Source: Heterodontus francisci (lineage: Eukaryota). From it: 64,000 bases of DNA. The stretch covers positions 33,780,236-33,844,235 of the forward strand of contig NC_090404.1 of NCBI RefSeq assembly GCF_036365525.1, in the 5' to 3' direction. This document shows, one piece after another, positions 1 through 12,929 of this stretch. The translations under genes and the position numbers were made by a program. Position 1 is the stretch's first letter, and the number at the start of each line of letters is the position of its first letter. The notes beneath the pieces were generated by a model. That model did not search any database, was not told the origin of the DNA, and saw only the letters and a list, made by a program, of their open reading frames with translations.

Positions 1-501
1 GCTATAGTTAAAGGAGATTCAATGGTTAGAGGAACAGACAGGAGATTCTGTGGTCACGAATGAGACTCCCGGATGGTATGTTGCCTCCCGGGTGCCAGGG
101 TCAGGGATGTCTCGGATCGAGTCGACAGGATTCTTAAGGGGAAGGGGGAGCAGCCAGAAGTCATGGTACACATCGGTACCAATGACATAGCTAGGAAAAG
201 GGATGAGGACCTGAAAAGCAAATATAGGGAGTTTGGTTGGAAGCTAAAAAGCAGGACGGGCAGAGTAGTAATCTCAGGGTTGATACCGGTGCCACGTGCG
301 AGCGAGGCTAGAAACAGAGAGCGAGTGCAGCTGAACACGTGGCTACAGAGCTGGTGCAGGAGGGAGGGCTTCAGATATGTGGATCATTGGGATACCTTCT
401 GGGGAAGGTGGGACCTGTACAAGAAGAACGGGTTGCATCTGAACTGGCGGGCACCAATATCCTGGGTGGGAGGTTTGCTAGAGCTCTTCGGGAGGGTTTA
501 A
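1..501 (+). pseudogene. CR1 ORF1 remnant (SGNH/GDSL esterase-like)
   Basis: ORF 73..501 has VMVHIGTNDI and NGLHLN (canonical DGLH Asp replaced); frameshifted near the 3' end. Confidence 0.85.
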
Positions 502-639
502 ACTTGTTTGGCAGGGGGATGGGAAATGGAGCTACGGAACAGTGGATGGGCTAACTGTTGAACAGGCAGATACAGCGTGCAGAGAGTCTGTGAGGAAGAT
601 TTGACAGTTGACAGGGCAAAGTTGCAACCAGTATGATGG

Positions 640-3414
640 GTTGAAGTGTGTCTATTTTAACGCAAGAAGTGTCCGAAATAAGGGTGATGAACTTAAAGCA
701 TAGATCAGTACTTGGAGCTACGATGTTGTGGCCATTACGGAGACTTGGATATCACAGGGGCAGGAATGGATGTTGGATGTTCCGGGGATTTAGATGTTTC
801 AAAGGGAATAGGGAGGGAGGTAAAAGAGGTGGGAGAGTGGCATTGCTAATCAGGGATAGTATCACAGCTGCAGAAAGGGAGGTCGTCGAGGAGGGTTTGT
901 CTACTGAGTCAGTATGGGTGGAAGTCAGAAAAGGAAAGGAGCAGTCACTTTATTGGGAGTTTTCCATAGACCCCCCAATAGCAGCAGAGACACGGAGGAA
1001 CAGATTTGGAGGCAGATTTTGGAAAGGTGCAGAAGTAACAGGGTTGTTGTCATGGGTGACTTCAACTTCCCTAATATTGATTGGAACCTCTTCAGTGCAA
1101 ATAGTTTGGATGGAGCAGATTTTGTCAGGTGTGTCCAGGAAGGTTTCCTGACTCAATATGTAGATAGGCCAACTAGAGGGGAGGCTATGTTGGATTTGGT
1201 GCTTGGCAACGAACCAGGCCAGGTGGCAGATCTCTCAGTGGGAGAGCATTTCGGTGATAGTGATCACAACTCCCTGACCTTTACTATAGTCATGGAGAGG
1301 GACAGGAGCAGACGGGATGGGAAAATATTTAATTGGGAGAGAGGGAATTACAATGCTATTAGGCAGGAACTGGGGAGCTTAAGTTGGGAACAGATGTTCT
1401 CAGGGAAATGCACGACAGAAATGTGGAGGTTGTTTGGGAGCACTTGCTGCGACGAATGGATAGGTTTGTCCCGGCGAGGCAATGAAGGGATGGTAGGGTG
1501 AAGGAACCTTGGATGACAAGAGATGTGGAACAGCTAGTCAAGAGGAAGAAGAAAGCTTACTTAAGGTTGAGGAAGCAAGGATCAGACAGGGCTCTAGAGG
1601 GTTACAAGGTAGCCAGGAAGGAACTGAAGAATGGACTTAGGAGAGCTAGAAGGGGACATGAAAAAGTCTTGGTGGGTAGGATTAAGGAAAATCCCAAGGC
1701 GTTCTGCACTTATGTGAGGAGCAAGTGGATGGCCAGTGTGAGGGTAGGGCCGATCAGGGATAGTGGAGGGAAATTGAGCCTGGAGTCGGAGGAGGTAGGG
1801 GAAGTCCTTAATGAATACTTTGCTTCAGTAATCACTAGTGAGAGGGACCTGGTCGTTTGTGAGGACAGCGTGAAACAGACTGATATGCTAGAACAGGTTA
1901 ATGTTAAGAAGGAGGATGTGCTGGAAATTTTGAAAGACATGAGGATCGGTAAGTCCGCGGGGCCAGACGGGATATACCCAAGGTTGTAACGGGAAGTGAG
2001 GTAAGAGATTGCCGCGCCTTTGGCGATGATCTTTGCGTCCTCACTGTCCACTGGAGTAGTACCAGGTGATTGGAGGGTGGCAAATGTTATTCCCTTGTTC
2101 AAGTAAGGAATAGGGATAACCCTGGGAATTACAGACCAGTCAGTCTGACGTCGGTGGTGGGCAAATTATTGGAGAGGATTCTGAGAGACAGGATTTATGA
2201 TTATTTGGAAAAGCATAGTTTGATTAGAGCCAGTCAGCATGGCTTTGTGAGGGGTAGGACATGCCTCAAAAGCCTTATTGAATTCTTTGAGGATGTGACA
2301 AAACACATTGATGAAATAAGAGCAGTGGATGTGGTGTATATGGATTTTAGCAAGGCGTTTGATAAGGGTCCCCATGGTAGGCTCATTCAGAAAGTCAGGA
2401 GGCATGGGATACAGGGAAATTTGGCTGTCTGGATACAGAATTGGCTGGCCCATAGAAGACGGAGGGTGGTAGTAGATGGAAAGTATTCAGCCTGGAGCTC
2501 GGTGACCAGTGGTGCTCCGCAGGGATCTGTTCTGGGACCTCTGCTCTTTGTGATTTTTATAAATGACTTGGATGAGGAATTGGAAGGCTGGGTTATTAAG
2601 TTTGCCGATGACATGAAGGTTGATGGAGTTGTGGATAGTGTGGAAGGCTGTTGTACGTTGCAACGGGACATTGACAGGATGCAGAGCTGGGCTGAGAAGT
2701 GGCAGATGGAGTTCAACCTGTAAAAATGTGAAGTGATTCATTTTGGAAGGTCGAATTTAAATGCAGAATACAGGCTTAAAGACAGGATTCTTGGCAGTGT
2801 GGAGGAACAGAGGGATCTTGGGGTCCACGTCCATAGATCCCTCAAAGTTGCCACCCAAGTTGATAGGGTTGTTAAGAAGGAGTATGGGGTGTTGGCTTTC
2901 ATTAACAGGGGGATTGAGTTTAAGAGCCGTGAGGTTCTGCTGCAGCTCTATAAAGCCCTGGTTAGACCACACTTGGAATATTGTGTTCAGTTCTGGTCGC
3001 CTCATTATCGGAAGGATGTGGAAGCTTTAGAGAGGGTGCAGAGGAGATTTACCAGGATGCTGCCTGGACTGGAGGGCATGTCTTATGAAGAAAGGTTGAG
3101 GGAGCTAGGGATTTTCTCATTGGAGCGAAGAAGGATGAGAGGTGACTTGATAGAGGGGTACAAGATGATGAGACATAGATAGAGTGGATAGCCAGAGACC
3201 TTTTCCCAGGGCGGAAAGGGCTATCACCAGGGGGCATAATTTTAAGGTGATTGGAGGAAGGTTTAGGGCAGATGTCAGAGGTAGGCTCTTTATACAGAAA
3301 GTGGTGAGTGTGTGGAATGCACTGCCAGTGGTGGTAGTAGAAGCAGATACATTAGGGATATTTAAGCGACTCTTGGATAGGTACAGGGATGATAGTAGAA
3401 TGAAGGGTATGTAG
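640..3414 (+). pseudogene. CR1 ORF2 (AP endonuclease + reverse transcriptase), disrupted
   Basis: Consecutive ORF pieces 648-1151, 914-1501, 1498-1989, 2070-2723, 2733-3182 and 3184-3414 form a colinear APE-RT protein broken by frameshifts and stops (e.g. TAA 1987-1989, TAA 2721-2723). Confidence 0.92.
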
Positions 3415-5009
3415 GTTGCTTGATCTTAGAGTAGGTTAAAGGGTCGGCACAACATCGTGGGCCGAAGGGCCTGTTCTGTGCTGTACTGTTCTATGTTCGA
3501 AAGTGAAGGACACAAAAGCACAATGAAGAGGCTGAAAATTGCCCCTTGGAATGAGAACTCGGAATAAGGATAGAAGCGTCACTGCCAAATTTGGGATTGT
3601 TATGTGATGAATTAATAAAGACAAATAAAATGTTAGGACACATCGCAAGAGCAGTGGATGTAAATAAGGGTCTGCTGAGATTGTTGAATGAATTCCTCAG
3701 ATCCAGGAAGTTTTGGAGGCAGTTTTGATCACCGAGCTGAAGGAAGGATCTGCATGATGAGAAATTTAAAGGAGTTGAGATAGTTAAAAGTTCAGGCTTC
3801 CATGTCCAGGGGGAAAATGTTAACAAGCATCTTATTCAATCGTGTGAAATATTAAATATTACAGAACAAGCTGAGCTCAGCAAATGACTCCAAGGTAAGT
3901 ACAGACCCACGTTGAAGATGATGAATGTAATTTCTGGCTAATTAAATCTAAGACATGCAGTGGGGTTTTGCAATTACCTTGTGAAACAATTGCATTTCGA
4001 TGTGTAACAAAATTCATACAAAATCGCTGCCTCTAATATAGTTTAAAAATAATTAATTGATTACGGATCATAGTGATGGTGGATGAATGATGTTCCTCTC
4101 TCCAATATGTGGAAGGAGACATTGCATAATTAAAGGAAATGGTTTATAGTTTCAGTTAAAGGTGGGAACGACAGCATCGCATGGGAATGCAATTATAATT
4201 TCTCTGCCGGTATCACATACAATCATTTCAGTTCTTTGACTAAATGAGGATTGTCTCCTCTGTGTTAGTGGCTGAAGGAATTTCACACGGGCACTTTAGG
4301 CATTGACTGCAATTATTCCACTGTGCAATTGCGAGGTCAATGGAAGTAGCTTGGAGAGTTTTTCGTCTGTACAACATCGGTGCGAATTACTGCAGGGAGG
4401 AAAGTCAGGCAAGGAGGTTACAAAGCAAGGCTGGCCTGATTTTCGGTCCATTAATTCAAATGATTTTAAAATTGGGTGAAAACAGTAATGGAAGGCCAGG
4501 GGATGCTTTACACTCACGAGGTACAGAAAAAAAATCAACCTCATTTGATTTAATGTATAATATTCTGTCCACAAGATAGTGGAGTGAAAGAAACTGAAGA
4601 CATTTAAAATGTAGCCAAGTCTGGATGACTTGAGCACATAAGTGACGATCTGCAAAGGACCACGTGGCCTTTAATTGCCCCTGATTTGTGTGTTCTTATG
4701 TAAATCCACCGGAACAGGGCAGGAAAGAGCCACAGCTGGAGAAATATTTCCATGGTGATCTGTTTGTTTAGCCAAGAGAACCAATCAGGAAACGGATACA
4801 AGCATAAGCAACATTAACTTGCACACACTACATCCGTTCCCTTACTGAACTGACTGTAGCTTGCTCTGTGGTCTGGTGAAGAAAATCCTTCGATGAAAAG
4901 TTCAGGTGGGGAGCTCGAAGCTGGAATATTATGTAATTTATTTTGTTGTTGCATTTTACTTGGATCGAGCGGGTGTTGCTTGGCAGTGGATCAATGTTAC
5001 TTGCAATGT

Positions 5010-5705
5010 GCAAAAGTCATTGAAGGTGGCAGTACAGGTTGAGAGAGCGGTTGATAAATGATACCGTATCCTGGGCTTTATTAATAGGGACATAGAGTAC
5101 AAGAGCAAGGAAATTATGTTGAACTTATAAAGGACACTAGTTCGGCCTCAGCTGGAGTATTGTGTCCAATTCTGGGAGTCTCACTTTAGGAGAGACGTGA
5201 GGACATTGAAGAGAGTACAGAAAAGATTCACGAGAATGGTTCCAGAGATGAGGAAGTTCAGTTATGAAGATAGATCACAGAGGTTAGGACTGTTTTCCTT
5301 TGAGGAGAGAAGGTTGAGAGGTGATTTGATAGAAGTATTCAAAATCATGAGGAGTTTGGACAGAGTAGATAGAGAGAAACTGTTCCCACTCGTTAAAAGA
5401 TCGAAAACGAAAGGGCACAGAGTTCAAGTATTTGGTAAGAGAAACGAAAGTGACATGAGGAAAAACTTTTTCATGCAGCGAGTGGATAAGTTCTGGAATG
5501 TTCCGCCTGACAGTGTGGTGGAGGCAGGTTTAATTGAAGCATTTAAAAGGGAATTAGACTGTTATATGAAAAGGAAGAATGTGCAGGATTACAGGGAGAT
5601 GGCGGGGGAATGGCACTAACTGAATTGTTCTTTCGGAGAGCTTGTGCAGACACAATGGGCTGAATGGTCTCCCTCTGAGCTGTAACAATTCTGTGATTCT
5701 GTGGT
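5010..5705 (+). mobile_element. CR1 LINE 3' fragment
   Basis: ORF 5197..5619 is the CR1 ORF2 C-terminus (RVQKRFTRM, LGLFS, RRLRGDLIEVFKI); tail ends TTCTGTGATTCTGTG. Confidence 0.9.
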
Positions 5706-6339
5706 TATGCCAGTTCTTGAAGTTGTCTTCACAGAATAATTCTTGGGTCTTTCCTGGGAATATATAAAGAATTCAGTGCCTTGTGTTGTCAGCAGATTGA
5801 AGCAGTTACATTCACGGCAAGTGGGACCATATTCGGGGAGCCAGAAGTAACTGTGATATTCGGGTCCATTTTATGGGTACTAATTAAACACACTGATCAA
5901 TCATTTTCATGATCCCCACGAACTGAAGAACGAAGAAGTAAAAGTGCAATCAAAGTGAGAGCAGGAATGATAGACTGCAAGAGAAACACAGAGACAGGAC
6001 TTGTGAGAAGACCCGAAATCACCAAAATATCGAATATCGTGGAAAGTTCAAGGTAAGATTTTTCTATTATTATTATTATTGAAAGAGGGAGGTGCACATG
6101 CGTGGTTTATGTGCTACCATGCGGATGCTGCAAAGCTCTGGCGCGCCATTACATTGCCAGACCCGTGTTAAATAAAATATGCTTTAACATCGTTATTTTG
6201 TTTACTAATTCATGCATGAGTTAGAAGGCTCAGTAAGTTTGACAGATGGAAGCAGGAGGTTATAAAGGGGCAGAGATAGCCCGAGACAGTGGACAAAACT
6301 GTGGCAAATGAAACTCAATATGAGGAAGCGTCCACGGTG

Positions 6340-6505
6340 GAATTTTTTAATTATTTCATGGGATGTGGGTGTCACTGTTAAGGCCACTATTTATTGACCA
6401 TCCATAATTGCCCGTTACAAAGTAGTGGTGAGCCACCTGCTTGAACCACTGTGGACCATCTAGTGTCTGTACACCCACAGTGTTGTGAGGAAGCGACATT
6501 CCCCG
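6340..6505 (-). mobile_element. LINE 3' tail fragment (same family as 20815-21470 and 46708-47490)
   Basis: Minus strand reads ...CCCACATCCCATGAAATAATTAAAAAA, matching the tail of the other copies. Confidence 0.65.
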
Positions 6506-6639
6506 GCGGTCTAGTGATTAGGACTCAGCTCTCTCAGTGCTGTGGTCCAGGTTTGGATCCCAGTCAGGAAATGAAACCTTCTTGCTGCTGTGAGAACTGT
6601 CACACCTAACATAACTTCCTTGCTGAATAAAAACAGATT

Positions 6640-7452
6640 TGAGAATGGGAGGTAATGCATTTTGGAAGGTCTAATGCAGGTGGGAAGTATACAGAAAATG
6701 GCAGAACCCTTAGGAGTATTGACAGGCAGAGAGATCTGGGCGGACAGGTCCACAGGTCACTGAAAGTGGCAATGCAGGTGGATAAGGTAGTCAAGAAGGC
6801 ATACGGCATGCTTGCCTTCATCGGTCGGGGCATAGAGTATAAAAATGGGCAAGTCATGCTGCAGCTGTACAGAACTTTAGTCAGGCCACATTTAGAATAT
6901 TGCGTGCAATTCTGGTCGCCACACTACCAGAAGGACGTGGAGGCTTTGGAGAGGGTACAGAAGAGGTTTACCAGGATGTTGCCGGGTCTGAAGGGCATTA
7001 GCTATGAGGAGAGGTTGGATAAACTCGGATTGTTTTCACTGGAACGACGAAGGTGGAGGGGCGACATGATAGAGGTTTACAAAGTTATAAGTGGCATGGA
7101 CAGAGTGGATAGTCAGAAGCTTTTTCCCAGAGTGGAAGAGTCAGTTACTAGGGGACATAGATTTAAGGTGAGAGGGGCAAAGTTTAGAGGGGATGTGCGA
7201 GGCAAGTTCTTTACACAAAGGGTGGTGAGTGCCTGGAACCTGTTGCCAGGGGAGGTGGTGGAAGCAGGTACCATAGAGACGTTTAAGAGGCATCTTGACA
7301 AATAGATGAATAGGATAGGAATAGCGGGATACGGACCCTGGAAGTGCAGAAGGTTTTAGTTTAGGCAGGCATCAAGATCGGCGCAGGCTAGGAGGGCCGA
7401 ATGGCCTGTTCCTGTGCTGTACTGTTCTTTGTTCTTAGTTCTTTGTTCTTTG
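6640..7452 (+). mobile_element. CR1 LINE 3' fragment, relatively young
   Basis: Uninterrupted 216-aa ORF 6655..7305 (MHFGRSN, RDLG, LVRPHLEYCVQFWSP); (TTCTTTG)n-like tail. Confidence 0.93.
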
Positions 7453-7669
7453 AGAAAGCCAAAAGTGACAGGTGAGGAACTGAACCTGAGCAAAGAATTT
7501 GAGGTGACCATGTGCACAACTCAATAAAGGTTAGTGGGCAAACACAATAAGTATACAATAAACTAAAATGATTGTTGGCCTTTCGATGAATGAAGCTGAA
7601 ATAAAAAGGGGAGGAAGTTCTGTTTCATTTGTAACGGGTCTTGCTCAGACCCCGTGTGAAATAGTGTGT

Positions 7670-8160
7670 TCATTTCTGAGCACCATACCTCCATTGGCCT
7701 TGGGTGTGTATTGTGAAGATTTAACAAAATGGTTAAAGAATTAAATTGCAAGAACAGATTGCTCAATTAGTTTGTATTCCTTTAAGTTTAGAAGGATGAG
7801 CAGTGATCTAATGGAAGTGATTAAAATGATAAAACAGGCTAGAGATGGTGAAACTATTTAGTTTGCTTGGAATATTCTCGAACAAAGAGACACAATCATG
7901 CAATTCGAGGCAGGTCATTCAAGAGTGAAATTAGGAAGTGGTTTCTTCTACATAAGGCCCTGGAAATCTGGAGCACACCATCAAAAGTTAATGGATCCTG
8001 AGAAAATTTAAATTTTCATGACTGAGTTCGATAGGTATTTGGCAGGTGAGGGTGTCAAGAGATATAGATCTAAGGCGGATAAATGCAGGCGGGACAGAGA
8101 TTAGTCAGGATCTAATTGAATGGAGGAACTGCCTGCATTGGACCTGGATGTTCCTATGCT
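7670..8160 (+). mobile_element. Degenerate CR1 LINE 3' fragment
   Basis: Decayed similarity to the 3' part of the other CR1 copies (GAAGGATGAGCAGTGATCTAATGGAAG, TGGAAATCTGGA). Confidence 0.6.
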
Positions 8161-10909
8161 CTGATATTACTCCAATAGCAGCAATTGGTCACTAGATGGA
8201 GCATAATACAGTCAGAGAAAATGAAGGTTCTTGACACAAATGCACCATGAACGGAGATCACAAACTGAGCTCTGGTGACATTGTGACAAATCATTCTGTC
8301 AGCTGGCAAATTGGCTTTAGTTTCTGGTTTTTTTAAAGGTCAAGGGTCAGAATTGTGTTATGGAATTGTTCAAGAAGTTCTCCTGAATTCCTTTTCAGTA
8401 GTATGTTGTTGTTCCGTTAACCCTTCCATTTGAAACAGATACTTGACACCTGCCCAAACTAGCGCAGATATTACTCAGGGTGAATTCGCTGGCGTTGTTT
8501 CAGATTATATGAAAGGGAAGAAGCAGGTTGTTGAAGCCTGGTGCAGGTTAATGTGTTCTGACAATAACAGCAATTGGCAACAATTTTTATTGGATCCCAT
8601 CCCCCTGCTCCTAGACTTCACTTACATTGCCTTCAGGCTATCGGACTTAATGTCACACTTTTGCTTGTTTTACTCTGCTTTTTTATACTCTGAGGGATAT
8701 TAACTTCCCGCTGATTTCTCAGTGTGTGGAAAATTCCCATTTTAGAGAGCATGTGAACCTTTTTATTTTCAGCAGGACTGTGCTTCCGCCCGTGTAGCAC
8801 TCAAATACATTTCCTCCAAAATGGTGAAGACTCTGTATGCAGGGAATTTCATTACAGGATCGCCTGGCACAGTCGCCATAACTTTGGAGGTTCCATCAAA
8901 GATTCCCCTGCAAAGTTGGAGAAGGTCCAAGCAGGGTGCAACTTTGATCAGCTGTTTAATGAACTATGAGCGAGTATTTACTTTATTTTATACCTTAAAA
9001 TCCCCTTATGTGGCTTGGTGTCAATATGTGTTTCATCACGTTCCTATGAAGCGACTTGGGACGTTTTACAACGTAGCAGGGCTATATAAATGAAAGATGT
9101 TGTTGTAAGTTAGGGAAAACATTTCAAATAAACATGTCAACTCTTGCCATAAAACAGGGATAATGGGGCACCATGGGAAGGTGTGAACAATGAAGTAATA
9201 CCAAGAAAATTTTATGTGCTTAATCTTTCTGGTCATTTTAATGCTGTGCCACTGGAAATTGCTGATTGTGATATTAGTGCAGCAATACCTTGGTGCGATA
9301 GCCTTTGAATATTGTTTCAATCGAGACACGACAGGTTTAAATTTAATGGCTTCAAATTTCAAATAATGTAATAAGGGAGAGCCATAGAGAGGCACTAAAT
9401 CCGTGAAGGGGAACATCACAAGCAGCAATTTACAGTTGTTAGTTCAGCAGCTGTGTTGAATTGAAAGAGTCATTTCTGTGAATTGTTAATTAGATTTCTG
9501 TGTTGTTAATGAATGAATCAATTCATCATAATAATCACCAGAAACTGATGCTAAGACTGAATACTCAATGTCTTAGATACATGGATCTTGTTGTATTAAT
9601 TCTTATTCTGTTAATAGTGAGATTGGGTTAATTGTCCTGGTTATTTCTCATGCTCCAGTAACACACTCAGTCCTCCGTATTGTCTGGTCATAATATCAGC
9701 AGTAAATAACTGGGATTCGGTAAGCTGGCTATTCGATAGATTTTAATACCCAGATGACTCTATTTTCAGGTGTAGCGTTTATGATACTTATAGATGAGTT
9801 TCACTAACTTAATCATCAAACTAAAAGGTGAATAAAAGGTATAAAAATGGCTAGTTTTAAACTGAGGGCATTTATTTTAAAAAATTGAATAACAGAATGA
9901 AGCAATGTATTTTATTATATTCTAAAGCTTTGCGTTTACAGTGTCGAAAAGTCATGTATGAACGATAACACAGTAGTAACATTCAAATATGAGCATAAAA
10001 TTAGCATAAGACCATTCAATTTCCAAAAAAATAGGAATTAGACACATGTCCCCATTATTTCTTAAAATTCAATTCGGCAAACCGGTGCAAATACTATCAG
10101 GAAAGGTACCAAAGGATCTTAAACCAAGGCAAGGCAATGGAGTTCGGGGACAGATCAGCCATGATCTAATTGGATGGCTGAGCAGGTGCGAGTTACTGAA
10201 TGGCCTATTCCTGTTCCTTATGTCCCTATATCACATTAAAAACAAAATGGATTCTAATATCGCATTTTCACTCAATTTATATAGCAGTTCTGGAGATAAT
10301 CAACATAATCCAGGATTTTTATCTATATTAATATAGAAGGGAGACTCCATCTTTTAGCTCTGGGTAGTGACGTTGTACAGGCTCTGATGTTGGTTGTCCC
10401 TGCTTGGTATGTCTTGGCAGATTGTGAATGGACCATTTCTTAAAATGTCAGAAATAGGGCCTCAGAGAAATTGATTTGCAGGCAGATATGATCTCGCGGG
10501 AACAAACCTCCTGAGGAATTCTTAAGCATGGGTTGAAAAAAGGCATCAGATTTACAACACTTTTTCTGACATGTGTTAAAGGGCAGTCACGGTGTTCTTT
10601 AGTTTCCATTGGGGTTTTACATGGATACAAGGCTCTGAGACTATGTCAGAAATCAATGCAGATCTTCCTTGTTTTACATTGGTAAAGGAAGATGTACCGC
10701 TGTGCTCCTCTGGGCGCCATATGTAAAGAGAACGTGAAGATACTCTTGGAGATTTCCTCTGTTATGGATCAGTAACGAAATAATTACCACATTCAGCTAC
10801 GATCGCTTCCTGATTCCGCAAGAAATGTTGAGCAGATGAAATTTTCACAAATACAGCTGGGTTATCAATGCAAACAGCGACCAGAGGAATTCTTACTCTT
10901 TCTACAGAT

Positions 10910-10915
10910 TTTATT
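10910..10915 (-). terminator. Candidate polyA signal for membrane-form IgNAR mRNA
   Basis: First AATAAA noticed on the minus strand downstream of the TM2 stop (~580 nt); further candidates near 9870-9920. Confidence 0.4.
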
Positions 10916-11490
10916 TGCAATCTGTACAACCACGTGATTTTCGGATTATTTCAATGCGTTTTTTGTTCTTGCCCATAGGGAATCCCTGGACCCTCTGTCC
11001 AGCCCAATCCAAGATTAACGGGGAAGATCTGCACCCATGGAAGTGTGTCTACAAGCTCACAAATGTGGTAGGAATGTTTATCTGTTTACTATTCCCAGTG
11101 ACATCGTGATCACATATTTAGCTAATAACAGACAGAGGAAACACTCCCACTATTTCAAGATGCTGCTAACACATAATAATAATTTCTCCTCAGTTTAGTT
11201 TAATTGAATCTGCGGGATTTTCCCAGTTCACTGGTTTGTTGCAGTTACGAGGAATTCTATTCAACACTACTACATAATGAAGCAAGAGTTAAGGCATGAG
11301 GTATTGGTAGAAAATGAAGCAAACAGTTTTCATGGTTTGGCTGAGACTATATAAGATGAAGTGGTGCAGTGGAGCAGACAATAACAGTGAGAAAGTGAAG
11401 CAATTCAGTCCCGTCTGTCCTCAGCATCTGATGAAAGTTCCCACTCAAGCCTTGAATACAAACCGGAAGTGCCTTCTGGCAAAACAGCCG

Positions 11491-11499
11491 CTAGTTCAC
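11491..11499 (-). CDS. IgNAR: IgNAR TM2 exon (cytoplasmic tail ...K|VN*)
   Basis: Strong acceptor CTGCTTTTTTTTTCACTGCAG followed by GTG AAC TAG; phase 0 matches the TM1 donor; analogous to the KVK tail of membrane IgM/IgD. Confidence 0.75.
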   Translation of the reverse strand: MN

Positions 11500-12929
11500 C
11501 TGCAGTGAAAAAAAAAGCAGAATGATAAACCAGTGAGTACCAGAGTGAGACAGCTAAGGTGTAATTACACTGAATAGTCAAAAGCATGCAACCGAAAGCA
11601 AAATGATTGGCTCCTGTTATGAAATGGGAGGATATTTCTGAACTTTCACAGCTACCCTCTAAAAATGATTGACCACAAGCCCTGAGTCCTGAAAGCCTCA
11701 CTAGGCGTGTATCTCCGTGAGTGTTTAAATTACAAGGGAATCATTTGTTACCTGTCATACATAGATACAATTTCCAGTAAAATACAACTGTTCATGTGAA
11801 TTGTTGCTGAACTCAGAACGAATCTAGTATCGTCTCTAAGTTTCCAAGCCTTCCGGTGAAGTGTTTAGAGGTATTGTTCTCACGCGGTGAGTAAGTGTAT
11901 GCATTTCCGACTTAATGTTATGTACCATGTCCTATGTTTTAGATAATACTTTGATTTCAAATGAGCGATATGACAGCTAAATTGTAAAACATGCTGGAAT
12001 TGCGGGAGTAGAAAAGTGCAGTTGGTTGAAGTAAAGAACGTTCCCTGTAGTGCGATCAAAGGACTGGAGAGATGCTCAAAGGCATTGTAGTATTATTAAT
12101 GGCTGATATGTGTAAAGACAGCGTGATAATGCAGATTTACACTCTATGTTTAAAATAAGGAATGAAGAATTGATAATGGCAGTAGGAAATTAAGGGCAGA
12201 ATGACTGACATTGGAAGAGGAACTGAATTACAGTCTCGCACCCTTGTCTAATTATCTCCAACTCTCTATCCGTGAAGACAACACTTACTCTCGATTTTCC
12301 TTCTGTAATGCCATGGGAATTCTATACGTGTGAGTATGCAAGAAATAGTGTCAGGTAGATGCACGTATAGAGAGAGGGAGACAGAAAAAGAAAGAAAAGG
12401 CACGCAATCATTCACATTTTACTTTAATTGTTTACATTTTGATGAATTGCAGCTTATTTAGTTTTAGGCACATTTTCTGACTCTCTGTCAAAAGTAGTGT
12501 CACTGCAATGGCTTTCCACAGAGTTAAACCCAAATGTAATCTACGAGTTAAGCCTCAATTTAAGAGGGCAGGATTAATTGGGCAATGAGCTAGTATGAAT
12601 CCTGTCTTCATCTGGAGGTTCTGACTGGTTCCAATTCTAATAGTTTGACTTTGATCATGTTCTTTTTCCATGAAAAGCAATCTCCTAGAATGCTATAAAT
12701 CCTACACTATAATGCTCCAAGCAGTTTAGATAACATATGGTCCATTTGTTTTTGAAGGCAGTACAAAATATTACTTTTGTTGTTGTTTATCATTGTCCTT
12801 ATCCTCCACTGATGTGGACCCACACTCTATTTTGAATGCAATTGAGGCCGCATAGAATTGAATGTAACCTATTGATTTAGGTAGGGAATTGGTGACGATG
12901 TCAGAGACAAAGAGTAGTTGATAATAGGA

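Larger units (their letters stand above)
1..3498 (+). mobile_element. CR1-clade LINE, long but inactivated copy (5' end runs off the window)
   Basis: ORF1 SGNH-esterase motifs (GDSMV, VHIGTNDI, GLHLN); ORF2 APE (GDFN, LDL, SDH) and RT (GNYRPVSL, YMDFSKAFD, PQGSVLGP, FADD) split over several frames; typical CR1 3' end GGGCCGAAGGGCCTGT...TGTGCTGTACTGTTCTATGTTC. Confidence 0.95.
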
